This document shows, in pieces, positions 47,117-60,079 of a stretch of 64,000 bases of DNA (positions are counted from its first letter, which is position 1; every line of letters starts with the position of its first letter). The position numbers and the translations under genes were made by a program. This DNA comes from Squalus acanthias. Its lineage: Eukaryota. The notes beneath the pieces are model-generated. The model was not told the DNA's origin. It did not search any database and saw nothing but the letters and a program-made list of their open reading frames with translations. The DNA lies in contig CM059432.1 in assembly GCA_030390025.1 (NCBI GenBank), positions 137,208,001-137,272,000 of the forward strand, written 5' to 3'.

Positions 47117-50100
47117 TACATAGGATTACATAGGATATACGGCACAGAAACAGGCCATTCGGCCCAACCAGTCCATGCTGGCGTTTATGCTCCTCTCGAG
47201 CCTCCTCCCGTCTTTCCTCATCTAAATCTATCAGCATAACCCTCTATTCCCTTCTCCCTCATATGCTTATCTCACCGCCCCTTAAATGCATCTACACTTT
47301 TCACTTCAACCACTCCCTGTGGTAGTGAGTTCCACATTCTCACCACTCTTTGGGTAAAGAAGTTTCTTCTGAATTCCCCATTGAATTTCTTGGTGACTAT
47401 CTTATATTGATGGCCTCTAGTTATGCTCATCCCCACAAGTGGAAACATTCTCTCTGTATCCACTCTATCAAAATTTTCATAATTTTAAAGACCTCTATTA
47501 GGTCACCCGTCAGCATTCTTTTTTGAAGAGAAAAGAGACCCAGCCTGTTCATCCTTTCCTGATATGTATACCCTCGCATTTCTGGTATCACCCTTGTAAA
47601 GCTTCTCTGCACCCTCTCCAGTGCCTCTATATCCTTTTTATAATATGGCGACCAGAACTGCACACGGTACTCTAAGTGTGGTCTAACCAAGGTTCGATAC
47701 AGGTTTAGCATAACTTCCCTACCTTTTAATTCTATACCTCTAGAAATAAACCCTAGTGCTTGGTTTGCTTTTTTACATCATGCTTTTTTGCATCATGCTT
47801 TTTTAATGGCCTTGCTAACCTGTGTTGCAACTTTTAGTGATTTGTGTATTTGTACTCCGAGATCCCTTTGTTCCTCTACCCCACCTAGACTCACACCCTC
47901 CAAGTAATAAGTGACCTCCCTATTCTTCCTACCAAAATGTAAAACCTCACATTTATCGGTGTTGAACTTCATTTGCCAATTATATGCCCATTCTGTAAGT
48001 TTATTAATGTCCTCCTGTAATTTGTTGCAGTCCTCCTCAGTATTGACTATCCCTCCAATTTGGTGTCATCCGCAAATTTAGAAATTGTATTTTTGATTCC
48101 AAAGTCTAAATCGTTAATGTAAATTGTGAACAGCTGTGGTCCCAGCACTGATCCTTGTGGAACACCACTGCCCACTTTCTGCCACTGTGAATAGCTACCC
48201 TTTACTCCTACTCTTTGCTTTCTGTCCTGAAGCCAGCCAGCAATCCATTCTGCTGCTTGTCCCCTGACTCCACATTCTCTGACCTTGTTCATCAGTCTAT
48301 TATGGGGTACCTTATCGAAGGCCTTTTGAAAATCCAGATAAATTACATCTACTGCATTACCATTATCTACTCTCTCTGTTACCACTTCAATAAATTCAAT
48401 GAGGTTGGTCAAGCAAAACTTTCCCTTTTGAAATCCATGCTGACTACTCATTATTATATTTTTGGTTTCTAGATGTTCTTCTATTTTCTCTTTTAGTAGG
48501 GATTCCATTATTTTTCCTACCACTGATGTTAAGCTGACTCGTCTATAATTCCCTGGACATGTTCTATCCCCCTTCTTAAATATAGGTATTACGTTAGCTA
48601 TCCGCCAGTCCTCTGGCACTACACCTTTTTCTAATGAATTATTAAATATGCGTAGTAATGCCTCTGCTATCTCTTCCCTAGATTCTTTTAAAATGTGTGG
48701 ATGCAATCCATCCGGACCAGGGGTTTTATCCTCTTTGAGTTTGATTAGTTTATTTAATATATCCCCTTTTTTATTTTAAATGCACTTATCTCATTACTAA
48801 TCTCATCATCCAATATCATGTCCACCTGTTCTATCTCCCTGGTAAATACTGAAACAAAATAATTATTTAATATTTCTGCCATCTCTCTATCGTTACCTGT
48901 GGTATTGTCCTGTTTATCCCTTCATGGCCCTATTGCCATCCCAACCTTCCTTTTTTTTATTGATGTGCCTATAAAATATTTTACTATTTTGTTTTATGTT
49001 CCTTGATAATTTAATTTCATAGTTCCTCTTTGCCTCCCTAATTGCTTTTTTGACTTCTCTCCTAATCTTTTCCTATTCTCCCTTACCATGCACTCCTCTG
49101 CTGTCTATGTACTTAATGTATGCCTCTTTCCTTACCCTCAGTTGTTCCCTTATGGCTTTATTCATCCATGGAGTCTCATTATTATTTAGTCTGTTCTTTC
49201 CTTTTAGCGGAATATATTTTTCCTGCACTCTGTTGAACAACGTTTTAAATGTTTCCCATTGCTGTTCTACATTGTTGTTTGCCAATATTGTTGCCCATTT
49301 TTTTTTCCCGAGTTCTATTCTCAGCCCCTCAAAATCAGCTTTTCTCCAATCTATTTACCTGGTTTTTGTCATACTTATGTCCTTCTCAATTATCATCTTA
49401 AAGCGTTTTATATTATGGTCACTATTGCCTATATGTTTCCTGACTTTTACTTCTCTTATCTACTCTGGTTCATTCCCCATTACTAGATCCAATAGCGAAT
49501 CCTCCCTTGTTGGGCTTTTTACATATTGGGTAGGAAAGGTGTCCTGTACACATTGTAGGAAATCCATTCCCTTATCCTCTTTACCTACTTCTTCTCTCCA
49601 ATTAATATCAGGGTAGTTGAAATCTCGCATGATTATTATTCTATGTTTTTTACTCATTTCCCTAATTTGTCTGCATATTTCTTCCTCCACCTCCCTTTCA
49701 CTATTAGGTGGTCTGTAGACTACGCCTATTAGTGTGATTGATCTTTTATTATCTTTTATGTCTATCCATATGAATTCTATTTTTGTCTTGCTGATATCTG
49801 CGTCACTTTTTTCTACTGCCATTATGTTATCCTGAATAAGTACAGCTGCTCCACCTCCTCTTTTTCCCTCTCTAGCCTTTCTAAATATGTTATACCATGC
49901 AATGTTTAATTCCCAGTCCTGATTTTTCTGCAGCCATGTCTCAGTAATCCCTACTATGTATGGTTCCTCGCAGTGCATAATTGCCTCCAGCTCCCCTGTT
50001 TTATTATGGACACTGTGCATTGCTGTACAGACAGTTTAACTAATTTTTAATAGGATTTCCTCTCACTTTATGTTTAACCATCTTTTTAGACTCCTGTTCT

Positions 50101-50570
50101 ATAACTCTATTTATTCCCTTGCCATCAATGTCCTCCCTTACTTTATTCTTTCCTATGCTCTCTTTTCCTGTTTTGTTTATATTTAGGCTGGTTACGTTTC
50201 TTGTAGATCCCTCCCCCCCATCTTACTAGTTTAAAGCCTTTGCCACCTCCCTATTTACCCTTTCTGCTAGAACAGGGGTCCCATCTCAGTTCAGGTGGAG
50301 CCCGTCCCATCGTTACAGCTCCTTCCTGTCCCAGAACTGGTGCCAGTGTCCCATGAAAAGGAACCCCTCTTTCCCACACCAGTCTTTTAGCCACATGTTA
50401 AATCTCCTGATCTGTCTGCTTCTATGCCAATTTGAATGTGGCTCGGGCAATAATCCAGAGATTATTACCCTCGAGGTCCTGCTTTTTAATTTAGACCCTA
50501 ACTCCTGATATTCTTTCATCAGGACCTCCTCCCTGTTCCTACCTATGTTGGTTGTTCCAATGTGGACCTT
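47117..50570 (-). mobile_element. CR1 LINE, about 3.45 kb: ORF1 SGNH-esterase C-terminus plus disrupted ORF2 (APE endonuclease and RT)
   Basis: ORF1 [110 protein letters not shown]; tail (ATCCTATGTA)n; several stops and frameshifts. Confidence 0.96.
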
Positions 50571-50708
50571 GAGAACTAGTCGTTACTGTTGCATAAGCAG
50601 AAATGGAAAAGATTATTTTGTCCTGTCAAATGTAATTGGAGATGACAGGAAGTTACTTTCTTCACAACCCCATTAAACCCAAAAATATTTTTCCACTGAG
50701 AACACATC

Positions 50709-52313
50709 GGGCTGAATTTTGCTGGCGCTCAGAGGGCGGGTTCGGAGGCGGGTCAGCTGTCATAGTAGCAAAGATGCACAGCAGGTCGGGAACCCGCTGT
50801 CAACCCGCCTCCACGCGAGTCTCCAGGATGTCGGGTCTGTTGGCGCTGAACAGACCCAACACCAAGGGGCGGGGGAGGCAATTCACATCATTAAAAGGGT
50901 TGTTAACATCCAATTAACTGTTATTTTAAGCCTACATTTCAATTTTACCTGCTCCCCCGTGGGTTACCCGCTGCTCGGGGAACACGTCAGCTCAGCATGT
51001 CGTGAGTGATTCAGCATTGAATTACCTCATGACCTGACAGCTGCCAAAGTTGTATAAAAGAGCCCATGTTAAAGCTGTTCACTTTCCAAGCTCAGAAACT
51101 ATTGCTTACTGCATTTGGAAGACAGATTGAGCTTTATGCAGCTTGCAAGTGTTTGGCGCAAACTCTCTATCCCGTGCCATCTCATTGGAACAATCTCTCT
51201 CACCATTGACATTTCGCTTCTGTCATCTCAACATCACCTGCCATCTATGCCATCAGCATCGGTGCCCTTGAAAAAATCTCACCTTGGTCCGCAGAATCCC
51301 AACCAGATCAGCCCCAACACCAGCAGCACCAGGCACACCAGCAGCACCAACAACCACACCAACCTACTCCGCAATCAACTGATGCTGCACAGGGCACAGG
51401 GCATCAGCACCCGACCACATTGCTGCCCGGGACATCATGTCCAGATTTACTTCACTTGACGCTGCACACCCTGGATACTACATGATGCACCAGGTTGGCA
51501 CCACCCCACACCAACACCATAAAGCATCCCTACAATGCCCAAGCCACTCCTTTCACACTCATCACCATTGGGGTGGTACCGTTATGTCTTACCATTCATT
51601 ACAACTCACTAAGACACTTCCAAAGGTGCACACAAATCTGTCCAAGATCGCTAAGTGCTGAAAAAAGAGGTTTCAATGTTTGACAACACATTACTAGAAA
51701 CTTCACATGAACATTGGCTAAAACACCCAAGTGCCTACCCTTGAGTGTTGTTAGTTGGTATGATTGGGCTAGGATGAGGGTGAGTTTGAGGGGTGGCTAG
51801 TGAGATGGGGAAGTGACAATGTAGATAGAGAGAGATGGGGGGAGGTACAAGGTGAGTTGGTGTGAGTAAGATGTGCAGGAGTAGGGTAGGGAAGGTAGAG
51901 TGATGTGGATGTGATGAGTGGCACAGCAGGATGAGGTTGAGTGTGGCTTGGCAGTAACATTTTGTGAAGAGGACTTCCCTGCTGTGCTGTGACTCCCTCC
52001 ATAAGCATATGGAGGGAGTCATGGGAGACCCTGGGTGCAGCCGTGCACCTCAATGCTGTAGAACACTAACAGCAGAACTGTCAAGATCAATTTGGACATG
52101 GCCCCTTTAAGGAAAACCAGCTGATGACGCGTCATCAAATGATGTCATCAGACCCGCTTCCTATTAATTGGCCGAGAAACTTGCAGGGCGGGCTTCACAA
52201 GGCCAATCAACGAAAAATCACTTGGAGAGTGGGGGCTGGAACAGGCAGCGGGCTGGGACCGCGACACCGACCCCGGCCGCCCCGGACCCGCCTCGGTCGG
52301 CGAAATCGCGGCC
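50709..52313. mobile_element. Internally deleted Harbinger element
   Basis: TIRs GGGCTGAATTTT / GAAATCGCGGCC; perfect TSD ATC; minus-strand Myb start AAPRVSHDSLHMLMEGV at about 52040; plus-strand CAG/CAC-rich transposase tip at 51240-51460. Confidence 0.85.
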
Positions 52314-52351
52314 ATCATTCCCCAAAGTTTTCCAATTGGTTCAGAGATAAA

Positions 52352-53063
52352 GGGGGATATATTCAGTTGCTTTGCGCCTCCCGTTAGCGCCCTAAGAGGG
52401 TGCTAACATGGCACAAAGCAACTAGCGCCCGGGCGCGACATCGCCAATGCCTCCCGCGAAATTCAGCAGGAGATTAGCGGCGGCGGTAACCGTTAGTGCC
52501 CCGCGGCGCTGCGCCGCCAGCATTGACATCATCGGCGCACGCAGCGCCCCGCTCGTGCACCGGCCGCGATCTTCGGTAGCGCCCCCTGACTTACTGCCGG
52601 ATGCTGTGTCTGATGGGGTCAGAGGGGCCTACCTGCAGCCGGGGCAGCGCTAATTAAAGGCAAGGTGCCAGGCGGACCATTTTTGTTGCTGGCCGCCTGC
52701 CAGCACCTGCCTCCTTTGCCGTCCCCGGCCTCCTGAGCAGCCCCCACCCCCAGCGGAGTGCCGGCTGAGCTCCATGAGCCCGGCACTTCTCTTGCATGCC
52801 AGGCTCTTTTTCCGGCACTTTAAGAAGGGGAGGAAGGCCTGCAATACGGCGGCGCGATGTGCCGCAGCGCATGGCGCTGGGGCACGTAGCGCCGTGATAT
52901 TCCCTCACAGCGCCCCAAGAGGGAGGTGGGGCGCTTCCAGTCACACCCCGCTTCCCTCTTGGGGCGCTATCACTCAATTTCGGCCGTGGGGGTGCTAATT
53001 TTTTCGGTGTAGCGCCCCGGCGAAGTTAGCACCCCAGAGGGGGCGCGACTCAACTTTTCCCCC
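52352..53063. mobile_element. Harbinger-type MITE, family C
   Basis: GGGGGATATATT / AACTTTTCCCCC; TSD AAA; homologous to 24704-25475. Confidence 0.88.
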
Positions 53064-53289
53064 AAAGGACAATACTGAAGAAAAAAAATCCATTGCTCTG
53101 TAATTCAATTTAAAATGAGACTCCCTTCATACAAAAGTATTTGGCAAATGTTCCCTATTTTCTTTTTACAAAGTACAACAACACAATCACATAAATCGCT
53201 CGGAACTGCATAACTAAACCTATTGCATGTGAAGTTAATGTGGCAAAAATGATACATGGCTTATTGCTGTGCTATGGCTTAGAACCTGG

Positions 53290-53732
53290 CTGGATGGCTG
53301 GAGAGATGAGAGAAGCTGGGATTGTTCTCCTTAGAGCAGAGAAGGTTAAGGGGAGATTTAATAGAGGTGTTTAAAATCATGAAGTGTTTTGATAGAGTAG
53401 AGAGGGAGAAACTGCTTCTACTGGCAGGAGGGTCGGTAACCAGTGGACACAGATTTAAAATAATTGGCAAAAAAAGCCAAGGGAGAGATGAGAATTTTTT
53501 TTTTTACACAGCGAGTTTTTATGATCTGGAATTCACTGCCTGAAAGGGTAGTGGAAGCAGATTCACTAGTAACTTTCAAAAGGGAATTGGATCTCGACTT
53601 GAAAAAGAAAAATTTGCAGGACTATGGGGAAGAGCAGGGGGGAGTGGGACTAATTGGACAGCTCTTTCAAAGAGCTGACACAGGCACGATGGGCTGAATG
53701 GCCTCCTTCTGTGTGTATGAGTCTATGATTCT
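53290..53732 (+). mobile_element. CR1 3' fragment
   Basis: FSLEQRRLRGDLIEVFKIMK..FTQRVFMIWNSLPERVVEA. Confidence 0.9.
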
Positions 53733-54744
53733 AACCTGAGACATCTGGCACCATTCTTCCTGCAGCATAAACACCCTTTATATAAGCTCTGCAGTCTAAT
53801 AGCTCACTGACAATTACCAAATGAATCATTAGAAATAATTTAAAATCACTAGCTAGGCATCAGTCACAAAATATCAAGGTTCATTTGAAGTCCATCAGTT
53901 TTAAGCTTTTCTCTAATGGTTTATGAGGTCACCTGTGCCAGGATTGCCTGGTGTGTGGTAATGTTACCTCATGTTTACCGGATGTTCTGGTGTGAAAGAC
54001 TGCAGCGTGAAACACTAGTATCTGCCACCGGTGCTGGGTATACGATCAAAGACGCCACGCTAATTCGCGCTAACATATGGAGAAAATGCGATGAGTCACT
54101 GGCAATGGTACAAATGTTCAAGATGTGACCTGCCATCACATATCATGTTATTTAATCTGCTAAAGTGGTGCTTAATATCAGCACCTCTGCTTACGTTGTT
54201 TTGTTATATTAATAGCTTTTGTGAGGGTACTGGGACTGACAGAGGCAAATTGGCACTTGATAATCTTGGCTGATGTGGTCAACATTAATTTATTGCCATG
54301 GGTCACATCTTTCTGTTGGTTGTAAAGCACTTTAAGATGTCCTGAGGTTTGTGAAAGGCGCTATATAAATGCAAATTCTTTCTCTTACTTTCTAAGGTTT
54401 AAATTAAAAAAAACAAATCAGTGATAATAAGAACTTGGGATGAGCTCCCCGAGTCTGCGACAGCCCTTGTGTTTTTCACAGAAGTTATTCCCAACAGCTG
54501 CATCTGTTAACTTGTACTTTAGAAAGGTATCAGTGGCTTGGCCGCCTACTTCATGTCTGTCTCAAGGTTTTGGTCATTTAAAACTTGAAAAAAAACATTT
54601 CTTTATGAAGTCTGTGCTCCTGAATAGCGCCTGGCGAATTAGATCACCCGGCTGCTCACACAGCAGAGAGAATCAAGGCTGCCTGTGTTCACATATATTC
54701 ATGGCTGCTACATTTCTGGTGCTTGGCTCTGAACTTGTGATTTA

Positions 54745-56175
54745 AATCTTAGAGCTAGACCGCTCAGGGGTGATGTCAGGAAGCACTTCTTCACACAAAG
54801 GATAGTGGAAATCTGGAACTCTCTCCCCCAAAAAGCTGTTAAGGCTGGGGTTCAATTTTAAAATTTCAAAACTGAGATTGATAGATTTTTGTTAGGCAAG
54901 GGTATGTAGGGGGTGGAGGTGGTAGGGGTCAGCCTTACCCCTGACTCAGTGAGCGGTTCGAATCGCTCCCACGCCCCAAGGTTCAGACCTTGGACTTATT
55001 TAGGGGTTGTGAATAAAGATGCAGTAGACAACAGGTTCCGATGAAAGAATTTTGACTTTTATTAAAAGAAAAAGGTAACAAACTTAAAACACACTTAACA
55101 CTTAAACAGGTTGGGGAACACACGGTACAGGCGAGAGAGAATGACAATATACAAAAACCCTTATCCCTCCCAAAAATCCCACTATCTAGCTAGGTTTCGG
55201 TTTCAGGAGATCAGGGATAATGCTCACCAAACAGGGGTTTTAACAGTGCGAAATCCAGCCAGGTAAGTTGATTGCGATGGTGGTCTGGTCGTCGAGTGTC
55301 TTCCTGGAACATGCTGCTTCTGGAACAGAGCCGAGAGGGAGCTGTGCGAGCGTTGTCAGAGAGTCCGGAGAGAGAGAGCGTCTTGGGGAATTAGGCCCCC
55401 AATTATACTTGTTCAGCTCCTTTGTTCTTTTCGCGCCCAGAACCCCTTACTAAAATGGTTTCGTGCTGAAGTGATTTAGGTTTCAGTTGAGGCCTGTTCA
55501 TTCCATTGTCTTGATTTTGCGGGCTTGTTAAGTTTTGATGGGTTTAACTTGGTGTTAAAATGTCCTGAACTTTCTTCTTACTGAACTGTTATAACTGCTT
55601 GATGGGCCTTCAATTATGCTAAATTGAAGTGGCCTTGTCAGAACCAAATTAAATCCTGGTCATTGTAAGACCTCGTCAACAGTAACGGCTTTACTGAGTG
55701 TCAAATGGCTTGCGTCCTGTCGATCTGTTGTTTAATCGGAGTTTGCATTGTCCTCATGTTTTGGGTTTCTTGCTGGGCCTAGCACTCCTATCTTTATGCA
55801 TCTCTTTAATGGGTTCTGTGATAGGTTTTACTGGTTGCTGTGTTTTGGGTGGGGCTGCCTTCTCCCAGGGCCTATTGTCCAAATGTTAATGTTTGCTGGG
55901 GCTTGAATTCCAGACATGTCCTTTTAAAATGCCAAAGCTTGGCTTTGGTCTTAAATTCCTTATGTTAGGCCCAAATGCATTTTTATCACTCTGGGGTAGT
56001 TCCAAAGTCCTTTTTCCTTAGATTTTTGGGGATCTGCAAATTTTGGAAACTTTACAGGTAATAGGGTTACAGAACCAAGGCGGGTAGATGGAGTTAAAAT
56101 ACAGATCAGCCATGATCTAATTAAATGATGGAACAGACTTGAGGGGCTGAATGGGCCACTGCTGTTCCTATGATT
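54745..56175 (+). mobile_element. CR1 3' fragment split by a solo LTR
   Basis: Matches 34255-34520 once 54905-56056 is removed. Confidence 0.8.
54905..56056 (-). mobile_element. Solo LTR (1152 bp)
   Basis: TGTAG...TTACA termini; perfect 4-bp TSD GGTA; homologous to the LTR at 63059. Confidence 0.9.
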
Positions 56176-56747
56176 TCTAATTATTGGCAAATGTGGTTAG
56201 TCTGCAGGTGCACAAGGTTTATATAATATACATATCTTAACTAAACAATATTACTAACATATCATCGACGTGACATTCACCTGGATTTCTCGACACAGGC
56301 ACAACTGAATCGGTAAACAGTTGTACCTTATTTACTGAGTAATAATTCCATTTTTTCAGCACAAAGAAAGGATTAGTTTCCTAGCAATGGGTGGGTGGGG
56401 AGGAAGTTTTCGGTTGTGTACTTTTGTTTGGAAGTTACAATAAGAGTTTAATAATAAACCGGAGGGTTTTGTTTTTTTTGTCGTACAATCGCTGCTGTGT
56501 AAAGCTAGTCAGGCAATGTTCCTGTATCAAGCACGTGACTGGTTCCAGAAATGGTCAGCTAATCTTACACAATTCAAACGGGTGCCTATCATTTCAACCA
56601 TCTGCATGAAGCAGTGATCGAACTTGACAATTGTTCTGTCGTGAGTTCCGGGTTGATTCTGAATATCCGTCACTTTGGCCTGGAGTTCCCGCTCGGTTGC
56701 GTTGGTTTTTTCAAAGCAATTCGCCCATAATTCAGCCGATCCGGCGC

Positions 56748-56890
56748 AAAAAGGCATCAAGGGGTGTGGGGAGAGAGCGGGAATATGGTATTGAGATAGA
56801 GGATCAGCCATGATCATATTGAATGGCGGAGCAGGCTCGAAGGGCCGAATGGCCTAATCCTGCTCCTATTTTTCTATGATTCTATGTTTC
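56748..56890 (+). mobile_element. CR1 3' end
   Basis: Near-identical to 10780-10929. Confidence 0.85.
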
Positions 56891-57709
56891 TAAAGGATCA
56901 CGGAATTTTAAGCGCAAATTACGTCCAGCGCAAATCGAATTTCCATGATCTTTTGCGGTAATTTAAAAAGAAAATCATCACGCTGAAAGCCGCCCCCTCC
57001 CAGTAAACTGCCCACGCCCCAGATCGACTCGATCACCATGGCGAGTTTCCGCTAATTGCGCCCGTTGGTGGGCCTTCGAGGAGGATCCAAAAATTAAGCT
57101 TTTTTTTAGGCGCAAGAACACTAATAGGCACCTTTTAAATGCTTTTGAATATATTTTTTTTAATTTACTAAGACACGGACTACTGTACACCAATATAACC
57201 AGTAAATGGTTCTGTATAGTTTTCTAAAGTCATTTTCCATTATTTAAAATCGGGTTACTCACAGGTGGTGGACTAGACAGTGATTTAAATGCTTACTCTT
57301 TGTGATAAACCCATTTTCAGCTGTATTACTGAAACTGCACCAAGTCACCACTTGTAAATATAGCAAGGATTATGTTTAAAAGCAAAAACATTTTTTTTTT
57401 AAATTACGTTCTAAGATGCTGCCCGATTGTGCTGGTTCATGGCAGGTTTTACGTTCGGCGATGTGCAAATACGGAAACGCGAGAGAAAATACTTTTCGAT
57501 ACGAGTGCAGCTTGTGACCGGATCACCAACTGCGGCCAAAGCAGAAACTCTCAGCTGATGAAGGTTAATCGAATCGGAGCAAATGATTGGACCATACAAA
57601 AGTGGGTTTGATGTGAAAGCTTGAATAATAATGTTCTATCTTTTTCAAAGGTTTACTTGATCTTATGGGGTGATGGGAAGCACGATGTTGATTTGAATAT
57701 AAGGTTTAG

Positions 57710-57835
57710 AATAGAAACATAGAAACATAGAATCTAGGAGCAGGAGTAGGCCATTCGGCCCGTCAAGCCTGCTCCGCCATTCAATACGATCATGGCTGAT
57801 CATCTAAATCCAATACCCTGTCCCTGCTTTAATCC
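57710..57835 (-). mobile_element. CR1 3' end
   Basis: (ATAGAAAC)n tail plus GGAGCAGGAGTAGGCCATTCGGCCC. Confidence 0.85.
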
Positions 57836-58012
57836 CCACAGTACACATATCCCACCCTACCCCCGTAACCCCACGTATTTAATTCCCCCTAACATATCCC
57901 ATCCTATCCCCATAACCCCACATATTTAATCCCCCCTAACACTAAGGGTCAATTTAATGATTTTCTTGGTTTTCCCCTGTGCCTACATAGCAGGCAAATG
58001 GAGGAATACCTA

Positions 58013-58604
58013 GGGGGAAAAATTGGGTCGCGCCCCCTTTGGGGTGCTAACTTCACCAGGGTGCCCCAAGAGGGAAGCGGGGCGCTACTGGAAGCCACAC
58101 TCTGTGGCACATCGCGCCGCGGTATTGCAGGCCTTCCTCCCCTTCTGAAAGGGGAGAGGCCTAGCGCAGCGCGACCCGGGACCCAGCCTGGCCACCAGGG
58201 ATCGGAGTGCTGGCAAAAGAGCCCGGCACTCAAGAGAAGTGCCGGGCTCACGGAGCGCAGCCGGCACTCCGTGGGGGGGCTGCTGAGGAGGCCGGGGATG
58301 GCACCGGGGGCAGGTGCTGGTAGGCGGCCAGCAACAAAAATGGCCGCCCGGCACCTCGCCTTTAATTAGCGCCACCCCGGCCGCAGGTAGGCCCTCCTGA
58401 CCACGTCGGACATAGTGTCCGGCGGTAAGTCAGGGTGTGATACCAAAGATCGTGGCCGGGGCGCAAGCGGGGCGCTGCGCACGGTGATGACGTCATCGCC
58501 AGTGGCGGAGCGCCACGGGGTGCTAACGGTTACCGCCGCCGCTAACCTCCCGCCTCTTAGGGCGCTAACGGGGGGGGGGTGCAAAGCAACCGAACTTTTC
58601 CCTC
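58013..58604. mobile_element. Harbinger-type MITE, family C, reverse orientation with deletions
   Basis: GGGGGAAAAATT / AACTTTTCCCTC; TSD CTA. Confidence 0.85.
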
Positions 58605-59599
58605 CTAAAGTTGCTCTGCCTGCCTGGTCTGATCAATCTCCGAATGTGCCCCCAATGCAAGTCCACTCCCCAGCAGGACCTTACACCAATGGTGGGGAGT
58701 GGGGCAGAAATACAGCTCTCCAGCCTGTAGTAGCAGGAATGCATTCAGCTCAGAGAGGGGCTCAGTGCAGGGCCCGTGATCCACTTTTTCTGAGCACCCT
58801 TCAAAATCGTACAGCACAGAAGGAGGCCATTCGGCTCATCGTGCCTGTGCCGGCAGTTGGTAGAGCGATCCAATTAGTCCCACTCCCCTGCTCTCTCCCC
58901 ATAGCCCTGCAAATTTTTCCTTTTCAAGTATATATCCAATTCCCTTTTGAAAGTTACTATTGAATCCACTTCCACCACCCTATCAGGCAGTGCATTCCAG
59001 ATCATAATAACTCGCTGCGTAAAAAAGATTCTCCTCATCTTCACCTCTGATTCTTTTGCCAATTACCTTGGGCAGAATTTTCATTGACCCGTGGAGGCGG
59101 GTTTGGAGGCGTGTGGGGGATTAAAATTGCGAAAACTAACGGGTGGGCACAAGCCCACCTCCATCCCGCCTCCACGCAATTTTCATTAAATCGTGTCTGC
59201 TGGTCCCGACTCCGTCCCGCCTCCAAGAGGCGGGATAGGCCATTAAGGCCCTTAACAAGCATTAAATTGCCTCTATAATACCATTTTGAAAGCCCTTTGT
59301 GATTTTAACTCTTTTTCCACGTAAAGCACGCCTGTTCTGAACCACGAATGTGAAACCTGGCGGTAGCACATTTGGATTGCTGACTATCAGCTGCAGCTCA
59401 ACCATGAAATAGGAGATGTGATCAGCCATCATTTGCAGTTGGCAGGACTTTGTTGTCTGAGGTCTGGGGGAACTTTTATATGGCATAACCACAGCTGTGG
59501 AAGTTTGGAGCCTGACACCCATCTCCAGTGTGACCTCCTGGGAAACCCCTCTCGCCACCTTGACTGAGCACTTCCTCAACTGAGGCATATACCAGAAGC

Positions 59600-59821
59600 A
59601 TGGGAACCATTTATTTCCTTTCCTCCTGGACATCAGATTTGGACGAAGACCAGCCGCGGCAGCAGCAGAACCATGAACAACAGCACCACCAGCAGCAGCA
59701 GCATCAACAGGAGTGCCAAGCTGCTCCTCACCCACCTGAAGCTGCACAGGCCAGAAGGCGCCAGCGCGCGACCACATTGCTGCCCGAGATGCAAGGGACG
59801 CACTTGACCAGATTTGCTTAG
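59600..59821 (+). pseudogene. Harbinger transposase remnant: Gln-rich N-terminal tip fused to the C-terminal tip, DDE core missing
   Basis: MGTIYF..QQQ tract then (other frame) IAARDARDAL..RFA*, resembling Harbinger transposase ends; convergent with the Myb gene. Confidence 0.55.
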
Positions 59822-60079
59822 CCTGCACAATCAAACACTTTTGCCTCACACCTTCTTATCAGACCATCGACAATGGCCAGGAACCTGCAGATTCCTATCA
59901 CTCTGACCACCATACTGACAATTGCAAATCATCCTAAGCCCTCAATGTGGAAGTCCCATTTGCGAAATGACAGACGCCACAACTTCAGCAGTTTGCCAGC
60001 AGAATTTTTAATCACACCAAGCAAGTGTTGGCAATTCAAGATTAAACACAACATTACACCCAAGTGACTACCATTGTGA

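Noticed and set aside
49050..49616. Hydrophobic 188-aa membrane-protein-like ORF
   Set aside because: It is the antisense frame of A-rich CR1 ORF2.
56677..57537. Additional Harbinger element with reverse-complement flanks (TTT/AAA)
   Set aside because: The TIR match is poor and the boundaries uncertain; most well-defined elements here have ordinary direct TSDs, so no general inverted-TSD rule is supported.
59262..59849. PolyQ/polyA host-like protein
   Set aside because: It lies within Harbinger TIRs and is explained by the low-complexity transposase tip and its antisense frame.
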